A DNA stretch of 32,000 bases, taken from assembly GCF_000621645.1 (NCBI RefSeq), contig NZ_JHXR01000001.1, positions 360,001 through 392,000 on the forward strand, read 5' to 3'. The notes under the pieces were generated by a model. It was not told the DNA's origin. It ran no database searches and worked only from the letters and a program-made list of their open reading frames with translations. Each line of letters starts with the position of its first letter. Position 1 is the first letter of the stretch. Of the stretch, positions 9,912-19,825 are shown piece after piece. Made by a program: the position numbers and the translations under genes. The stretch is from Vibrio cholerae ATCC 14035. Lineage in GTDB: Bacteria; Pseudomonadota; Gammaproteobacteria; Enterobacterales; Vibrionaceae.

Positions 9912-11315
9912 TTAAGCTTGGATAAGTTCGGCGGCTTTTTTCATCGCCTCCTTGGTCGAGCATTCGATGACTTTCGCGTTGGCAAAGCGGTGAGCATCTT
10001 TCACTTGGATATCGTGAGCGAGGATAACTAGCTTCGCGTTTGCGACATCTAGGTCAGTGATGCGGTTTTTAATGCCATTTTGACCTTGCGTTTCGACTTT
10101 GATTTTGCTGCCAGCGGCTGCGCCTGCTTTCTCAAGTGCTTTGGCTGCCATGAAAGTGTGTGCTACACCAGATGGGCAACAGGTGACAGCAACGATATCG
10201 TACTCGCCTTCGCCGGCTGCTGGAGCCGCTTGAGCTTGCGTTGGTGCAGCTTCTGCGATTTCGTCTTCCACTTCTTCTTCCGCGACTGGTTTCCAGAAGC
10301 CAACGATGAGTGCAGTGGTGAGTGAGCCTAGTGCGATACCTACAACGTACATTGGAATGTTGCTTGATACCGGTGCTGTGATGAGACCGCCCCAAGGAGC
10401 ATGAAGCAGAACGTTAGTCAGGAAGCCAAACACACAGCCAACGATACCACCAGCAACGATGGAAGGAAGCACGCGCATTGGGTCATTTGCTGCGAATGGG
10501 ATAGCGCCTTCAGAGATACCGATAGAACCCATGATTGCTGCTGCTTTACCTGCTTCTTGTTCTTGTTTGGTGAATTTTTTCTTGAACAGGAACGTGGCTA
10601 GCGCCATGCCGAGAGGAGGCGTACAGATTGCGATGCCCACACCACCCATTAGCCATGGTTGAGTATCCACTTGAGTTTGAGCGAATAGCGTTGCGACCTT
10701 GTTGATTGGACCGCCCATATCGAATGCCGTCATACCACCAAGAATCGCACCTAACACCACTTTAGAAGCGCCAGCCATAGAAGCTAGGAATTCGTTCATA
10801 GACGCCATGAACAGTTTGATTGGCTCACCGATACCCCATAAAACGATGCCTGCGGAGATAAGTGTACCGATAAGTGGGTAGATGAAGTAAGCGCCCAACG
10901 CAGTCATGTTAGCCGAAAGAGGGATCTTCTTAAGTTGGAATACCACACCACCGGCGATGAAGCCCGCTACGATACAACCAAGGAAACCGCCGCCCATATC
11001 CGCCATGATGCCAGAAGAGATCATCGCTGGCGCAAGAGCTGGTTTGTCTGCAATGGAATAACCGATGAAACCACCCAAAATAATCGGGAACAGCACCAGA
11101 CCTTTAATACCGATATTGGAAATATCCGCTAATAAGCCATCGGCAGGAACGGCACCTTTGCCGGATGCCATTACCGCAAGTGCCAATAATACGCCGCCAG
11201 CAACAATAAATGGCAACATATGTGAGGTGCCAAATAAAAGGTGGCCTTTCATGGTACTGAGGAGTTTTTTGAAATTGCTACTATTATTGGTAGCTTGAGC
11301 GGTTAGGGTACTCAT
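9912..11315 (-). CDS. PTS fructose-family permease, EIIC-EIIB fusion
   Basis: IIC block 'FDMGGPINKVATLFAQTQVDTQPWLMGGVGIAICTPPLGMALAT'. C-terminal IIB 'VTCCPSGVAHTFMAAKALEKAG'. Confidence 0.9.
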   Translation of the reverse strand: MSTLTAQATNNSSNFKKLLSTMKGHLLFGTSHMLPFIVAGGVLLALAVMASGKGAVPADGLLADISNIGIKGLVLFPIILGGFIGYSIADKPALAPAMISSGIMADMGGGFLGCIVAGFIAGGVVFQLKKIPLSANMTALGAYFIYPLIGTLISAGIVLWGIGEPIKLFMASMNEFLASMAGASKVVLGAILGGMTAFDMGGPINKVATLFAQTQVDTQPWLMGGVGIAICTPPLGMALATFLFKKKFTKQEQEAGKAAAIMGSIGISEGAIPFAANDPMRVLPSIVAGGIVGCVFGFLTNVLLHAPWGGLITAPVSSNIPMYVVGIALGSLTTALIVGFWKPVAEEEVEDEIAEAAPTQAQAAPAAGEGEYDIVAVTCCPSGVAHTFMAAKALEKAGAAAGSKIKVETQGQNGIKNRITDLDVANAKLVILAHDIQVKDAHRFANAKVIECSTKEAMKKAAELIQA

Positions 11316-11326
11316 AATTTCACGCC

Positions 11327-11767
11327 TTATGATTGAATTGAAATATTAAGGATCTGATGTTCATTTTTTGCGTTATGAATATCTTCAATAAATTCTTCGC
11401 TAAATTTTCCGAATAATTCTTGAAGAACATAAATATGGTGGTCTGCGCCGTTGTCGGGAGAGGCAATCATGAAGAATACGGTCGGTTTGATGCCTTCTTC
11501 ATCTCCATATTCAATGCCTTCGTGCTTTACACCAACAGCGATGGCAGGTTTTGTAACGGCTTTACTTTTTGAGTGTGGGTAGGCGATGCCGTCCATTGAC
11601 GTGACACTTAATCTTTCACGTATTTCAATGTCGTTTAAAAAATCCTCTTTGTTACTGATGCGGTTATTCTCAAGTAACATTTGCGCCAATTCTGCAAAAA
11701 CTTCATTTTTACTATTTGCTTGAAGATTGCCTTTAATTAAATGGATGTTGGTGAGCTCGGTGATCAT
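11327..11767 (-). CDS. PTS EIIA (type-2, fructose-like)
   Basis: 146 aa with 'GIAYPHSKS' phospho-His motif. Lies 11 nt upstream of the IIC-IIB gene. Confidence 0.9.
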   Translation of the reverse strand: MITELTNIHLIKGNLQANSKNEVFAELAQMLLENNRISNKEDFLNDIEIRERLSVTSMDGIAYPHSKSKAVTKPAIAVGVKHEGIEYGDEEGIKPTVFFMIASPDNGADHHIYVLQELFGKFSEEFIEDIHNAKNEHQILNISIQS

Positions 11768-11900
11768 TTATTGGCTCATAAAGTATTTAACTGATGAGCT
11801 AAAATTAATGGATGTCGAGTTTTACTGAAATAGCAAAAATAATTCACTCACTATAGATTTGTACCACACATGATTAAGTGTGATATTCATCGTTATATAT

Positions 11901-12013
11901 CTTTCCTTCTTGAAGTGGCAGCGGTGTTGGCTACGTTCGTTCACCTCAATCACATCGTTTATCTATGCTCATCGGGATTAACTAACAGGCTGTTTCCCTA
12001 CAACGCCAATTCG
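11901..12013 (-). repeat. ERIC/IRU-like intergenic repeat, copy A
   Basis: The minus strand reads '..AATCCCGATGAGCATAGATAAACGATGTGATTGAGGTGAACGAACGTAGCCAACACCGCTGCCACTTCAAGAAGG'. This matches my recollection of the ERIC core ('GGGGTGAGCGAACGCAGCCAACGCA..GCAGCTTGAAG'). It is homologous to copies at 13681 and 19826. Confidence 0.7.
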
Positions 12014-12042
12014 TAAAAACATTGGAATGGATCCAAAATGAA

Positions 12043-12074
12043 AAACCCAGCTTCGCTGAAACGAGGCTGGGTTT
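12043..12074 (-). terminator. Rho-independent terminator of the aldehyde dehydrogenase gene
   Basis: AAACCCAGCcTCG-tttcag-CGAaGCTGGGTTT on the minus strand, followed by TTTTC. It lies 26 nt after the stop codon. Confidence 0.8.
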
Positions 12075-12099
12075 GGGGTATTAACTGAATATTAAGCTT

Positions 12100-13620
12100 T
12101 TAGAAGAAACCGAGAGGATTCACATCGTAGCTGATCAGTAAGTTTTTGGTGTTCTGGTAGTGGTTCAACATCATTTTGTGGGTTTCACGCCCAATACCCG
12201 ATTTTTTATAGCCACCAAAGGCCGCATGCGCGGGGTAAGCGTGGTAACAGTTGATCCAGATCCTGCCTGCTTGAATATTTCTTCCCATACGGTAGGCGAG
12301 GTTTTGGTCACGAGTCCAAATACCTGCGCCGAGGCCGTATTCGGTATCGTTAGCCAATGCCAACGCTTCGGCTTCGTCTTTAAAAGAGGTAATGGCAATC
12401 ACAGGACCAAAAATCTCTTCTTGGAAGACTCGCATCTTGTTGTGGCCTTGCAGTAGGGTCGGCTGAATATAGTAGCCTTGACCGAGTTCCCCTTCCTGTT
12501 TGGCAACGCCACCACCAAACAGCACTTTTGCGCCCTCCTGGCGGCCAATATCTAAGTAACTCAAGATCTTGTCAAACTGCTCTTGAGATGCTTGAGCCCC
12601 TACTTGAGTAGCGGTATCCAGTGGATTGCCTTGTTTGATGCCTTTCGCCCGCTCCGCGACTTTGGCCACAAAGCGATCGTAAATTGACTCATGAACCAGA
12701 ACGCGAGAAGGGCAAGTACACACTTCGCCTTGGTTGAAAAAGCCCAGCAAAGTACCTTCGATACATTTCTCTAAATAGGTGTCTTCGTGGTCAAAAATAT
12801 CTGGGAAATAGATATTAGGAGACTTCCCACCGAGCTCTACGGTTGATGGAATTAAACTCTGCGCCGCACATTTGAGAATGTGTTGACCCACTTGGGTTGA
12901 GCCCGTAAACGCCAGTTTGGCAATACGTTGACTGGTGGCCAAGGCTTGGCCTGCTTCACTGCCAAAACCGTTGACCACGTTGAGCACGCCTGCTGGGATG
13001 AGATCGGCGATTTTTTCGATCAACACCAAGATCGAAGTAGGGGTTTGCTCGGCAGGTTTGAGTACCACACAGCAGCCTGCAGCAAGGGCTGGCGCTAACT
13101 TCCACGCTGCCATCAGCATTGGGAAATTCCAAGGAATGATTTGTCCCACCACTCCGATTGGCTCAGGAAAATGGTAACTGGCCGTGTGGCTATCGAGCTC
13201 AGCGGCGCTGCCTTCTTGAGCACGAATACAGCCTGCAAAATACCGGAAATGGTCAACCACCAGAGGGAGGTCGGCCACTAGAGTTTCACGCACAGGTTTA
13301 CCATTCTCCCAGCATTCCGCTACCGCAAGCTGCTCTATGTTTGCTTCAATCCGATCAGCAATTTTCAGTAGCAGGTTAGAGCGCTCAGTCACACTGGTTT
13401 TTGCCCATGCTTCACGCACTTGATGTGCGGCATCTAACGCCAAATCAATATCTGCTTGGGTTGAGCGAGCGACTTGGCAATAAACCTGTCCATTGACGGG
13501 TGAAATATTACCAAAGTATTCGCCACTGACAGGTTTAACCCATTGGCCGCCAATGAAATTATCGTAATGGCTCTTGAAGGTGATAACGGCGTTGTCACTA
13601 CCCGGTTGTGCATAAATCAT
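12100..13620 (-). CDS. NAD(P)+ aldehyde dehydrogenase (acetaldehyde DH-like)
   Basis: 506 aa. ALDH Glu-site 'VELGGKSP' and Cys-site '[13 protein letters not shown]'. Full-length family architecture. Confidence 0.9.
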   Translation of the reverse strand: MIYAQPGSDNAVITFKSHYDNFIGGQWVKPVSGEYFGNISPVNGQVYCQVARSTQADIDLALDAAHQVREAWAKTSVTERSNLLLKIADRIEANIEQLAVAECWENGKPVRETLVADLPLVVDHFRYFAGCIRAQEGSAAELDSHTASYHFPEPIGVVGQIIPWNFPMLMAAWKLAPALAAGCCVVLKPAEQTPTSILVLIEKIADLIPAGVLNVVNGFGSEAGQALATSQRIAKLAFTGSTQVGQHILKCAAQSLIPSTVELGGKSPNIYFPDIFDHEDTYLEKCIEGTLLGFFNQGEVCTCPSRVLVHESIYDRFVAKVAERAKGIKQGNPLDTATQVGAQASQEQFDKILSYLDIGRQEGAKVLFGGGVAKQEGELGQGYYIQPTLLQGHNKMRVFQEEIFGPVIAITSFKDEAEALALANDTEYGLGAGIWTRDQNLAYRMGRNIQAGRIWINCYHAYPAHAAFGGYKKSGIGRETHKMMLNHYQNTKNLLISYDVNPLGFF

Positions 13621-13680
13621 AACTCGTCCTTTTGTTTTCGGTTTGGGTGTTACACAGTGTCGAAATGCACTGCTTTATCC

Positions 13681-13713
13681 CTTTCCTACTTGAAGTGGCA
13701 ACTCCAAGTGGTT
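13681..13713 (+). repeat. ERIC-like repeat, short internally deleted form, copy B
   Basis: 'CTTTCCTACTTGAAGTGGCA' (left end of copies A and C) is joined directly to 'ACTCCAAGTGGTT' (right end of copy C). It lies in the predicted 5' leader of the aldehyde dehydrogenase mRNA. Confidence 0.6.
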
Positions 13714-13733
13714 CGGGTATTCCAACGCGATAA

Positions 13734-13749
13734 CGCAAATCACAGGCCA
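13734..13749 (-). promoter_or_regulatory. Sigma-54 (-24/-12) promoter for the aldehyde dehydrogenase gene
   Basis: The minus strand reads TGGCCTGTGATTTGCG. This is GG-N10-GC with the TGGC..TTGC consensus, about 115 bp upstream of the ATG. A sigma-54 enhancer-binding protein is encoded divergently. Confidence 0.65.
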
Positions 13750-13900
13750 ACATAAATGAACTTGTTGTTAATCTTGTGTAACGCTATGGTTAACAAAAGG
13801 ATCGCAAGTAACAGACAAGGTTGCCGTACTCGATTGGATGATGTGTACGAGTGTTCAAGTGTTACAAAATGACACACCCAGAGTGTGAGGAAATGGAACA

Positions 13901-15664
13901 GTGATGCAACTTCAACAGCTTAGCCATGTTAATTGGCTGGTGAACTCTTGGCAGCGTAGTGAACAGGCGGGGTTGACCCAGCAGAGTCGTGCGCAAGATA
14001 TTCGCTTGAGTGACAACAAACTTAAGGAGCGTCGCCAAGAGCTCGCGGGGCTGATTGACACGGTCAGCCGATTTGCACTACCGCTGTTCTACCAACTGTT
14101 TGCACACAGTGACAGCCGTTTAATTTTGACCGACCAACACGGCGTGATCATCGGCAGTTGGGGGCAAGCGAGATTTCGTGAAAAACTGAGCCAAATCGCG
14201 CTAAGCTCCGGCGCATGTTGGCAAGAGCCGATCAAAGGTACCAACGCTATTGGCACGGCTTTGATTGAGCAAAAACCCATTTCGGTGATTGGTGAGCAGC
14301 ACTTTATTCAGCATCATCACTTTATCAGTTGTTCCGCGAGCCCGATTTTTGATTACACCGGACAGCTGATCGGAGTGTTAGACATCACCAGCGAGCAGCA
14401 GAAACACACGCTTTCAACCCAAGTTGTGGTGCAGAATATGGTACAACTGGTTGAAAATCAGCTCCTTAACCAGATACCACATGGCCATGTACGAATCGAT
14501 CTCGCCTGTGAACCCTCGTTACTGAGCAGTGGCTGGCAAGGCGTAATTATTGCGGATGAATCGGGCCAGATATTGGCGCATAACCAAGTCGCAGGTCAGT
14601 TATTAGCGCAAGGCAGAGTGATTGGTCAATCGGTGGAGCAGGTGCTGCCACGGCCACAGACGCATGCATCATTTATCTATACCACCACACCGCTCCACTC
14701 CAAACAACATCGTACCCGCGCGTTAACCCCCGCCAGTGATCTGCATTTTGGGGATGCGGAGGTGGAGCGCTGTTGGCAACAGGCTAATCGGGTAATTGAT
14801 AAAGATATCCGCTTGCTGATCCTTGGCCAAACTGGGGTGGGTAAAAATGAATTTGTTAAAGCGCTGCACAAAAATAGCCAGCGTAAAAATGGTCCTTTAG
14901 TCGCGGTAAATTGTGGTGCGCTGGCCAAGGAGCTGGTGGAGGCGGAGCTGTTTGGCTATGTCGCTGGCGCCTTTACCGGAGCCAGTCATAAAGGTTACCA
15001 AGGGAAAGTGCGTTTAGCCGACAAAGGCATTTTGTTTCTGGATGAAATCGCTGATTTACCTCTAGATGCGCAAAGTCGCTTACTGCATGTGTTGCAAGAC
15101 AAAACCGTGCTGCCGGTGGGTTCTAATCACGCCACCAAAGTCGACATTCAGATTATTGCTGCGACTCACAAAAACCTTGAACAGTTGGTCACACAAGGGC
15201 TGTTTCGCCAAGATCTCTACTACCGACTCAGTGATTTGGTTGTCGAGCTGCCCAGCTTCCAGCAGCGTCAAGATAGACAAGCCCTAATCCACCATATTCA
15301 TCGCCGCTACAGTGATGCTGGCCAACAAATCTGTGGTGACTTGATGCAAAGGCTACTCGCTTATCACTGGCCGGGTAATTTACGCGAGCTAGATAGCCTA
15401 ATCAAAGTCGCGAGTTTGATGGCCGAAGGCGAGGGGGTACTCACTTTCAATCATCTGCCGACACATCTTGCCCAAAAACTCAGCCACGCGGCGCCTACCG
15501 CTACGGAGGATGATCAACAGAAAGACATCAAATCCACGGTAGAAGCATCCTTACTCAAGACCTACCAAGCAACGCAAGGCAACATTAGCCAAACCTCGCG
15601 TTTGCTTGGGCTGAGCAGAAATACCATCTATCGCAAATTGAAAGCGCTGGGGATACTGAAGTAA
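13901..15664 (+). CDS. Sigma-54-dependent transcriptional activator, AcoR-like (sensor + AAA+ + Fis-type HTH)
   Basis: Walker A 'GQTGVGKNE'. 'GAFTGA' loop ('GYVAGAFTGA'). Walker B 'ILFLDEIADL'. C-terminal HTH 'GNISQTSRLLGLSRNTIYRKLK'. GTG at 13901 or ATG at 13904. Confidence 0.9.
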   Translation: MMQLQQLSHVNWLVNSWQRSEQAGLTQQSRAQDIRLSDNKLKERRQELAGLIDTVSRFALPLFYQLFAHSDSRLILTDQHGVIIGSWGQARFREKLSQIALSSGACWQEPIKGTNAIGTALIEQKPISVIGEQHFIQHHHFISCSASPIFDYTGQLIGVLDITSEQQKHTLSTQVVVQNMVQLVENQLLNQIPHGHVRIDLACEPSLLSSGWQGVIIADESGQILAHNQVAGQLLAQGRVIGQSVEQVLPRPQTHASFIYTTTPLHSKQHRTRALTPASDLHFGDAEVERCWQQANRVIDKDIRLLILGQTGVGKNEFVKALHKNSQRKNGPLVAVNCGALAKELVEAELFGYVAGAFTGASHKGYQGKVRLADKGILFLDEIADLPLDAQSRLLHVLQDKTVLPVGSNHATKVDIQIIAATHKNLEQLVTQGLFRQDLYYRLSDLVVELPSFQQRQDRQALIHHIHRRYSDAGQQICGDLMQRLLAYHWPGNLRELDSLIKVASLMAEGEGVLTFNHLPTHLAQKLSHAAPTATEDDQQKDIKSTVEASLLKTYQATQGNISQTSRLLGLSRNTIYRKLKALGILK

Positions 15665-15720
15665 GATTGGCGGCTTCACGTTACCAAGGGTGGGCGCAGC
15701 TTCATCGCCTATTCCCATTT

Positions 15721-15745
15721 TCTGCCTGATGAAAGGCAGATTTTC
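15721..15745 (+). terminator. Rho-independent terminator after the activator gene
   Basis: TCTGCCT-gatgaa-AGGCAGA followed by TTTTC. Confidence 0.75.
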
Positions 15746-15760
15746 ACAGAGAACCCTCTA

Positions 15761-15976
15761 ATGAACCAACAAGTTAACAACCCGCTACACGGCCTAAGCC
15801 TAGAAAAAATCGTCACTCGCTTGGTGGAGCATTATGGCTGGAGTGGGTTACATCAGCGTATCAACATCAACTGCTTTGCAAATGACCCATCGATTAAATC
15901 ATCGCTCAAGTTTTTGCGTAAAACTCAATGGGCGCGCGATAAGGTTGAGGCGCTGTATCTATCCACCTTTAGCTAA
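15761..15976 (+). CDS. VF530/DUF2132-family small DNA-binding-like protein
   Basis: 71 aa. '[22 protein letters not shown]...[28 protein letters not shown]' matches my memory of the DUF2132 family. Confidence 0.7.
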   Translation: MNQQVNNPLHGLSLEKIVTRLVEHYGWSGLHQRININCFANDPSIKSSLKFLRKTQWARDKVEALYLSTFS

Positions 15977-15986
15977 TCCCTACGCT

Positions 15987-16694
15987 TTACCAAGGCAGCG
16001 TCTGACCATCGTAGGCATAAAATCCGCCGCTTTGTTCAGGCGTTGCCGCTGCAATCAAACCAATCAAATCGTGCGCAACACGGGCGGGGCTGAACAGTTT
16101 ATCTGGGGCAACATTGCTGTGAAACGGCGCTGAGAGTTTGGTGTCGGTCGTGCCGGGATGCAGTGCCAACACCACCCCTTTTTTCAGTGAGCGTTGCCAT
16201 TCAATCGCTAACGTTTTCAGCAGCATATTGAGCGCCGCTTTCGATGCTCGATAGCTGTACCAACCGCCGAGTTGGTTATCACAAATACTGCCGACCTTGG
16301 CGGAAAGCGTGGCAAACTTGGCCGCCTCACTCTGCTTCAGTTTGGCGGTGAAATGCTTGGCAAGCAGTAGGCTAGGCAAGGCATTGTGGATCAGGTTGTA
16401 GAGGAAAAAATCCGCATCTAAGGCATTGAGGTTCTTTTCTGGTCCTTTACTTGCTGTATGCAGTACGCCGACACAGTTGATAAGCCAATCGACTTGGCTA
16501 AATTGCTCACTCAGAGCTTGTACCTGCGCTTCTTGGGTGGCATCGAGTGCGTGCCAAGTCAGCCGCGGGTGCTGCCACGTCGGCGTAGTACTATGGTAAG
16601 TCGCATGCACGTTGGCCTCACTAAAACGGTTCAGCGCTTCTTGCACCATCGCCAAACCAATACCGCCGCTGCCACCGATGATCACGATATTCAT
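15987..16694 (-). CDS. Short-chain dehydrogenase/reductase (C-factor-like SDR)
   Basis: '[11 protein letters not shown]' Rossmann motif and 'YRASKAALN' YxxxK catalytic motif. The start overlaps the upstream cryptochrome stop (ATGA). Confidence 0.85.
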
Positions 16695-18076
16695 GATGAG
16701 CTTTCCTTATTTTGAGGATGATGGATAAGAAGATACGCGCTGGCGGCGATTGGCCAGTCAACCATATCGACACTGTCGAGCGCCAAATTTTCGAGAGCAT
16801 TTAGCTTGTCACAAGCCGTTCCGCACCATTTGGCAACGAACTCGCCCTTTGGATCGTAAGTGTGCGCCTGTTTTTCGAGGTTGAATTGCCGCGAGCCGCG
16901 TGGGTCGGCTCCGACTCCCGCCAAATATTGCCAGTTGCCCCAGTTGGATCCGACATCGTAATCCACTAACTGGGTTTCAAAATAAGCGGCACCATAGCGC
17001 CAATCTAAACCTAGTTCGTGAACTAGACAGCTGGCGACTAACTGTCGACCACGGTTGGACATGTAACCCGTTTGATTCAGTTGCCGCATACAGGCATTCA
17101 CAATGGGGAAAGGCGTTTCTCCGTGCTTCCACTGTAAAAAGCGCTGCGCATAGAAACTGGTGAGCGGTTTTTTCTCGCCAATCCCAGAGAAGCGAAACAG
17201 TTTTGCGCCATAGCGCCGCGCGTACCAGTAAAAATATTCACGCCACAGTAACTCAAAGAAAATCCAGTAGGTGGAATCGTTCGCGCCATGTACAGCTTCA
17301 TAACGCTGCAACATGGCATAAATGGTTTTTGGCGAAACCGCGCCGAGCGCGAGCCAAGGCGAAAACTTAGTGGAATAATCCATGCCGTCTAACCCATTGC
17401 GCGTCTCTTTATAGCGACTGGGGAGCAGGGAGGAGAAATAGTTTTGGCAATGCGTCAGCCCTGCTTGCTCACCACCGACAAAGGCGCTGTGATTCGGCTC
17501 GGTAACAATATCCATCAAAGGCAACTGCCAGCCTTGCTCAATGGGTGGCAAAACATGCGGATAGCCCATCGGCGCAGAGAGGGAGATCGTTTCTACTTGC
17601 TTACGAAATTGGGTAAAGGTGCTCGGTAGCGCCTCAAGTGCAAACGGCAACTGCGGCTCACTCAATAAGCTGTGCAGAGCTTGCTGATGGATGTGCACAG
17701 AAGAAAAGTCCTGATGAATGCGCGCGATAGCTTGGCGTTCATCTGAGCCCGCCACTGCATCCACATAAATATCCGTAATCTCGACTTGAGTCAGTAGATG
17801 GCGCAGCGCTTGATAGGGCAAAAGTGGCGTCACCCAAAGCTTTTGGCCTAGCGTACTGAGCGAATGATCTAAGTCAGCCAAGGTTTGGTTGAGAAACCTT
17901 TTTTTGGCTTCGCCCCATTGTGTTTGCTGGGCGTAGCGCGCCAAAAATGGCGTAATCGAGGGATAACAGTACAAACAGATCAAGCGATCCACTTGCTGCG
18001 AGGCTTGCTCAAGTAGCGGGTTATCGTTCACTCGTAAATCGTTGGTAAACCAGTACAGGCCAATTTTTTTACTCAA
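16691..18076 (-). CDS. cry1: Cryptochrome DASH / photolyase-family flavoprotein
   Basis: 461 aa. N-terminal photolyase domain '[17 protein letters not shown]'. FAD-binding C-terminus '[45 protein letters not shown]'. TTG start. The symbol comes from my memory of V. cholerae Cry1. Confidence 0.8.
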
Positions 18077-18192
18077 GTTCCACTCTCAATACCGATGATG
18101 GGGTTAATGAGCGTTTATACGGTCAAAGGGATTGAGCGATCATGCGGTAATGGGATTGATCCTCGAAAAGAGAGTGTGCGTAACAGATTGCA

Positions 18193-18612
18193 ATGATGAA
18201 TCTGAGGTCAATAGCCATGAATAAGCCAGATCTGGTGATCTTTTTTGATGGACAATGTCCGCTCTGTTGTAACGAGATGCGCGCATTAAAAACGGCGGAT
18301 CACCAAGCACGAATTTTGCTGGTGGATGTGCATGATACGGATACGATGTCCTGCTACCCATCGATCGATAAACAACGTGCATTGTCTATCTTGCACGGTA
18401 TCGATCAGCAAGGACAACTTTTATATGGCTTAGATGTGACAGTGCTTGCATGGCGTTTGGTCAACCGACATCGCTGGCTTTTCATTACTCGTATGCCGAT
18501 TTTAAAGGGGATCAGTGACCGAATGTATCTCCTATTTGCCAAACACAGAATGCGCCTCTCGCGCTGGTTTGGCCAAACCCAATGCCAAGAGGGGGTTTGT
18601 CAAAAGAAATAG
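18193..18612 (+). CDS. Thiol-disulfide oxidoreductase DCC family (DUF393)
   Basis: 'VIFFDGQCPLCCNEMRALK' CxxC motif. ATG at 18217, with GAGG 8 nt upstream, is the more likely start. Confidence 0.8.
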   Translation: MMNLRSIAMNKPDLVIFFDGQCPLCCNEMRALKTADHQARILLVDVHDTDTMSCYPSIDKQRALSILHGIDQQGQLLYGLDVTVLAWRLVNRHRWLFITRMPILKGISDRMYLLFAKHRMRLSRWFGQTQCQEGVCQKK

Positions 18613-18735
18613 ATTTGGTGACTTTACCTCCTAACTACAGCCCCCTAATCGCTTATATATGAATTGATTTTTAAATAACGGTGTAGAATAAGTGCGGCGT
18701 TGAGCCTTGAATCAAGAATTACTAAGTAGGAATCA

Positions 18736-19209
18736 ATGGAAAAAATTGCCATTTTGGTGGATGTACAAAACGTGTATTACACCTGCCGCGAGCAATATGG
18801 CCGGCACTTTGATTACAATCAGTTTTGGTCGCAAGTGACGCAAAATCGCACGGTAGTGAAAGCCAATGCCTATGCGATTGCCAGTAAAGATCCGCAGCAG
18901 AGGCAATTTCATCATATTTTACGAGGGATTGGCTTTGAGGTGATGCTAAAACCTTTTATCCAGCGCAGTGATGGTAGCGCGAAAGGGGATTGGGATGTCG
19001 GGATTGCCCTTGATGGCTATGAATTAGCTCAGGAGGTAGACACCGTGGTGCTCGTTTCTGGGGATGGTGATTTTGAACCTTTGGTGACCAGAATTGCGCA
19101 ACGCTTTCAGGTTAAGGTGGAAGTGTATGGCGTGCCGAAACTGACCGCGCAACATTTAATCGATGTCGCCAGTCAATTTCACCCGATTGAGCATCGTCTA
19201 TTACTGTAA
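18736..19209 (+). CDS. NYN-domain (LabA/DUF88-like) putative RNase
   Basis: 'IAILVDVQNVYY' and 'VVLVSGDGDFEPLV' are the acidic motifs of NYN/LabA domains. Confidence 0.8.
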   Translation: MEKIAILVDVQNVYYTCREQYGRHFDYNQFWSQVTQNRTVVKANAYAIASKDPQQRQFHHILRGIGFEVMLKPFIQRSDGSAKGDWDVGIALDGYELAQEVDTVVLVSGDGDFEPLVTRIAQRFQVKVEVYGVPKLTAQHLIDVASQFHPIEHRLLL

Positions 19210-19404
19210 TGCGCTATTGCTAAGTGAGGGCTCAGTAGGTTTTGCATCGCTGGTTCCAAGCTCGGGATTCGCTTCTTGTTTTGCCGCGAGTTTAGCCCGC
19301 TCCGCTTTAGAAATATAACGAGGCTTGTTGCTCGGGTGCAATTTCGCATGTTGCTTTTTAAGGCGTTTTTGTAATGTCTGATTAATTTTCTTTTTACGGT
19401 TCAT
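19201..19404 (-). CDS. Small lysine-rich basic protein (possibly DUF2986 family)
   Basis: 67 aa, 'MNRKKKINQTLQKRLKKQHAKLHPSNKPRYISKAERAKL'. It is the last core-like gene before the composition shift. The family name is from recollection only. Confidence 0.5.
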   Translation of the reverse strand: MNRKKKINQTLQKRLKKQHAKLHPSNKPRYISKAERAKLAAKQEANPELGTSDAKPTEPSLSNSALQ

Positions 19405-19500
19405 CGGGTTGTGCTCGAAACAGGATGATTAGGGAGTTTCCCTGCGATTGGGCACTGTCGCTGTGTTGGTGCAATGCTCAGTCGTTTGGGTATAGATAGC

Positions 19501-19528
19501 AAAAAAGACGCCCTAAGGCGTCTTTTTC
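19501..19528. terminator. Bidirectional rho-independent terminator at the core/island junction
   Basis: AAAAAAGACGCC-ctaa-GGCGTCTTTTT, with an A-run on one side and a T-run on the other. Confidence 0.8.
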
Positions 19529-19631
19529 TTGAATGTGGCGGGAGTGAGACCGCACACTTTCTCAGTTAACGCTTTGATTTATATTAATTTAAAATTTTAC
19601 ATTTGTAGCTAGTATTACCATAGGTATTACT

Positions 19632-19659
19632 TTGTGCATGACTTGACAATCATGCACAA
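19632..19659. promoter_or_regulatory. Perfect 10-bp inverted repeat at the island junction
   Basis: TTGTGCATGA-cttgacaa-TCATGCACAA followed by AAATTTTT. This is either a protein-binding palindrome or a terminator-like hairpin. Confidence 0.4.
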
Positions 19660-19825
19660 AAATTTTTCCCCTTTGACGATTCTCATGCCGCTATTGCAAT
19701 GCTCTTCTCACTCTTTCTAGAGATACCTGCATTTTCGGTGTCAGCTTTTCTACTCTACCGTCATCGCAGGATTAGCAACGATTCTAGCGCAGGAGTTTAT
19801 CATTGTTTCAGTAGTTACCCTAGAG

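Noticed and set aside
11916-11931. Sigma-54-like TGGCAGCGGTGTTGGC inside ERIC copy A.
   Set aside because: GG-to-GC spacing is 11 rather than 10 nt. It points away from any downstream gene, and it is part of the repeat consensus.
18140-18382. 80-aa minus-strand ORF overlapping the DCC gene start.
   Set aside because: It overlaps a gene with a clear CxxC family motif on the other strand, has no RBS, and matches no family.
19535-19555. Possible tRNA 3'-end remnant (att site), 'TGGCGGGAGTGAGACCGCAC'.
   Set aside because: Only the first six bases resemble the reverse complement of a tRNA acceptor end. I can find no T-arm, so it is better described as a small imperfect hairpin. The att site cannot be called without the other island end.
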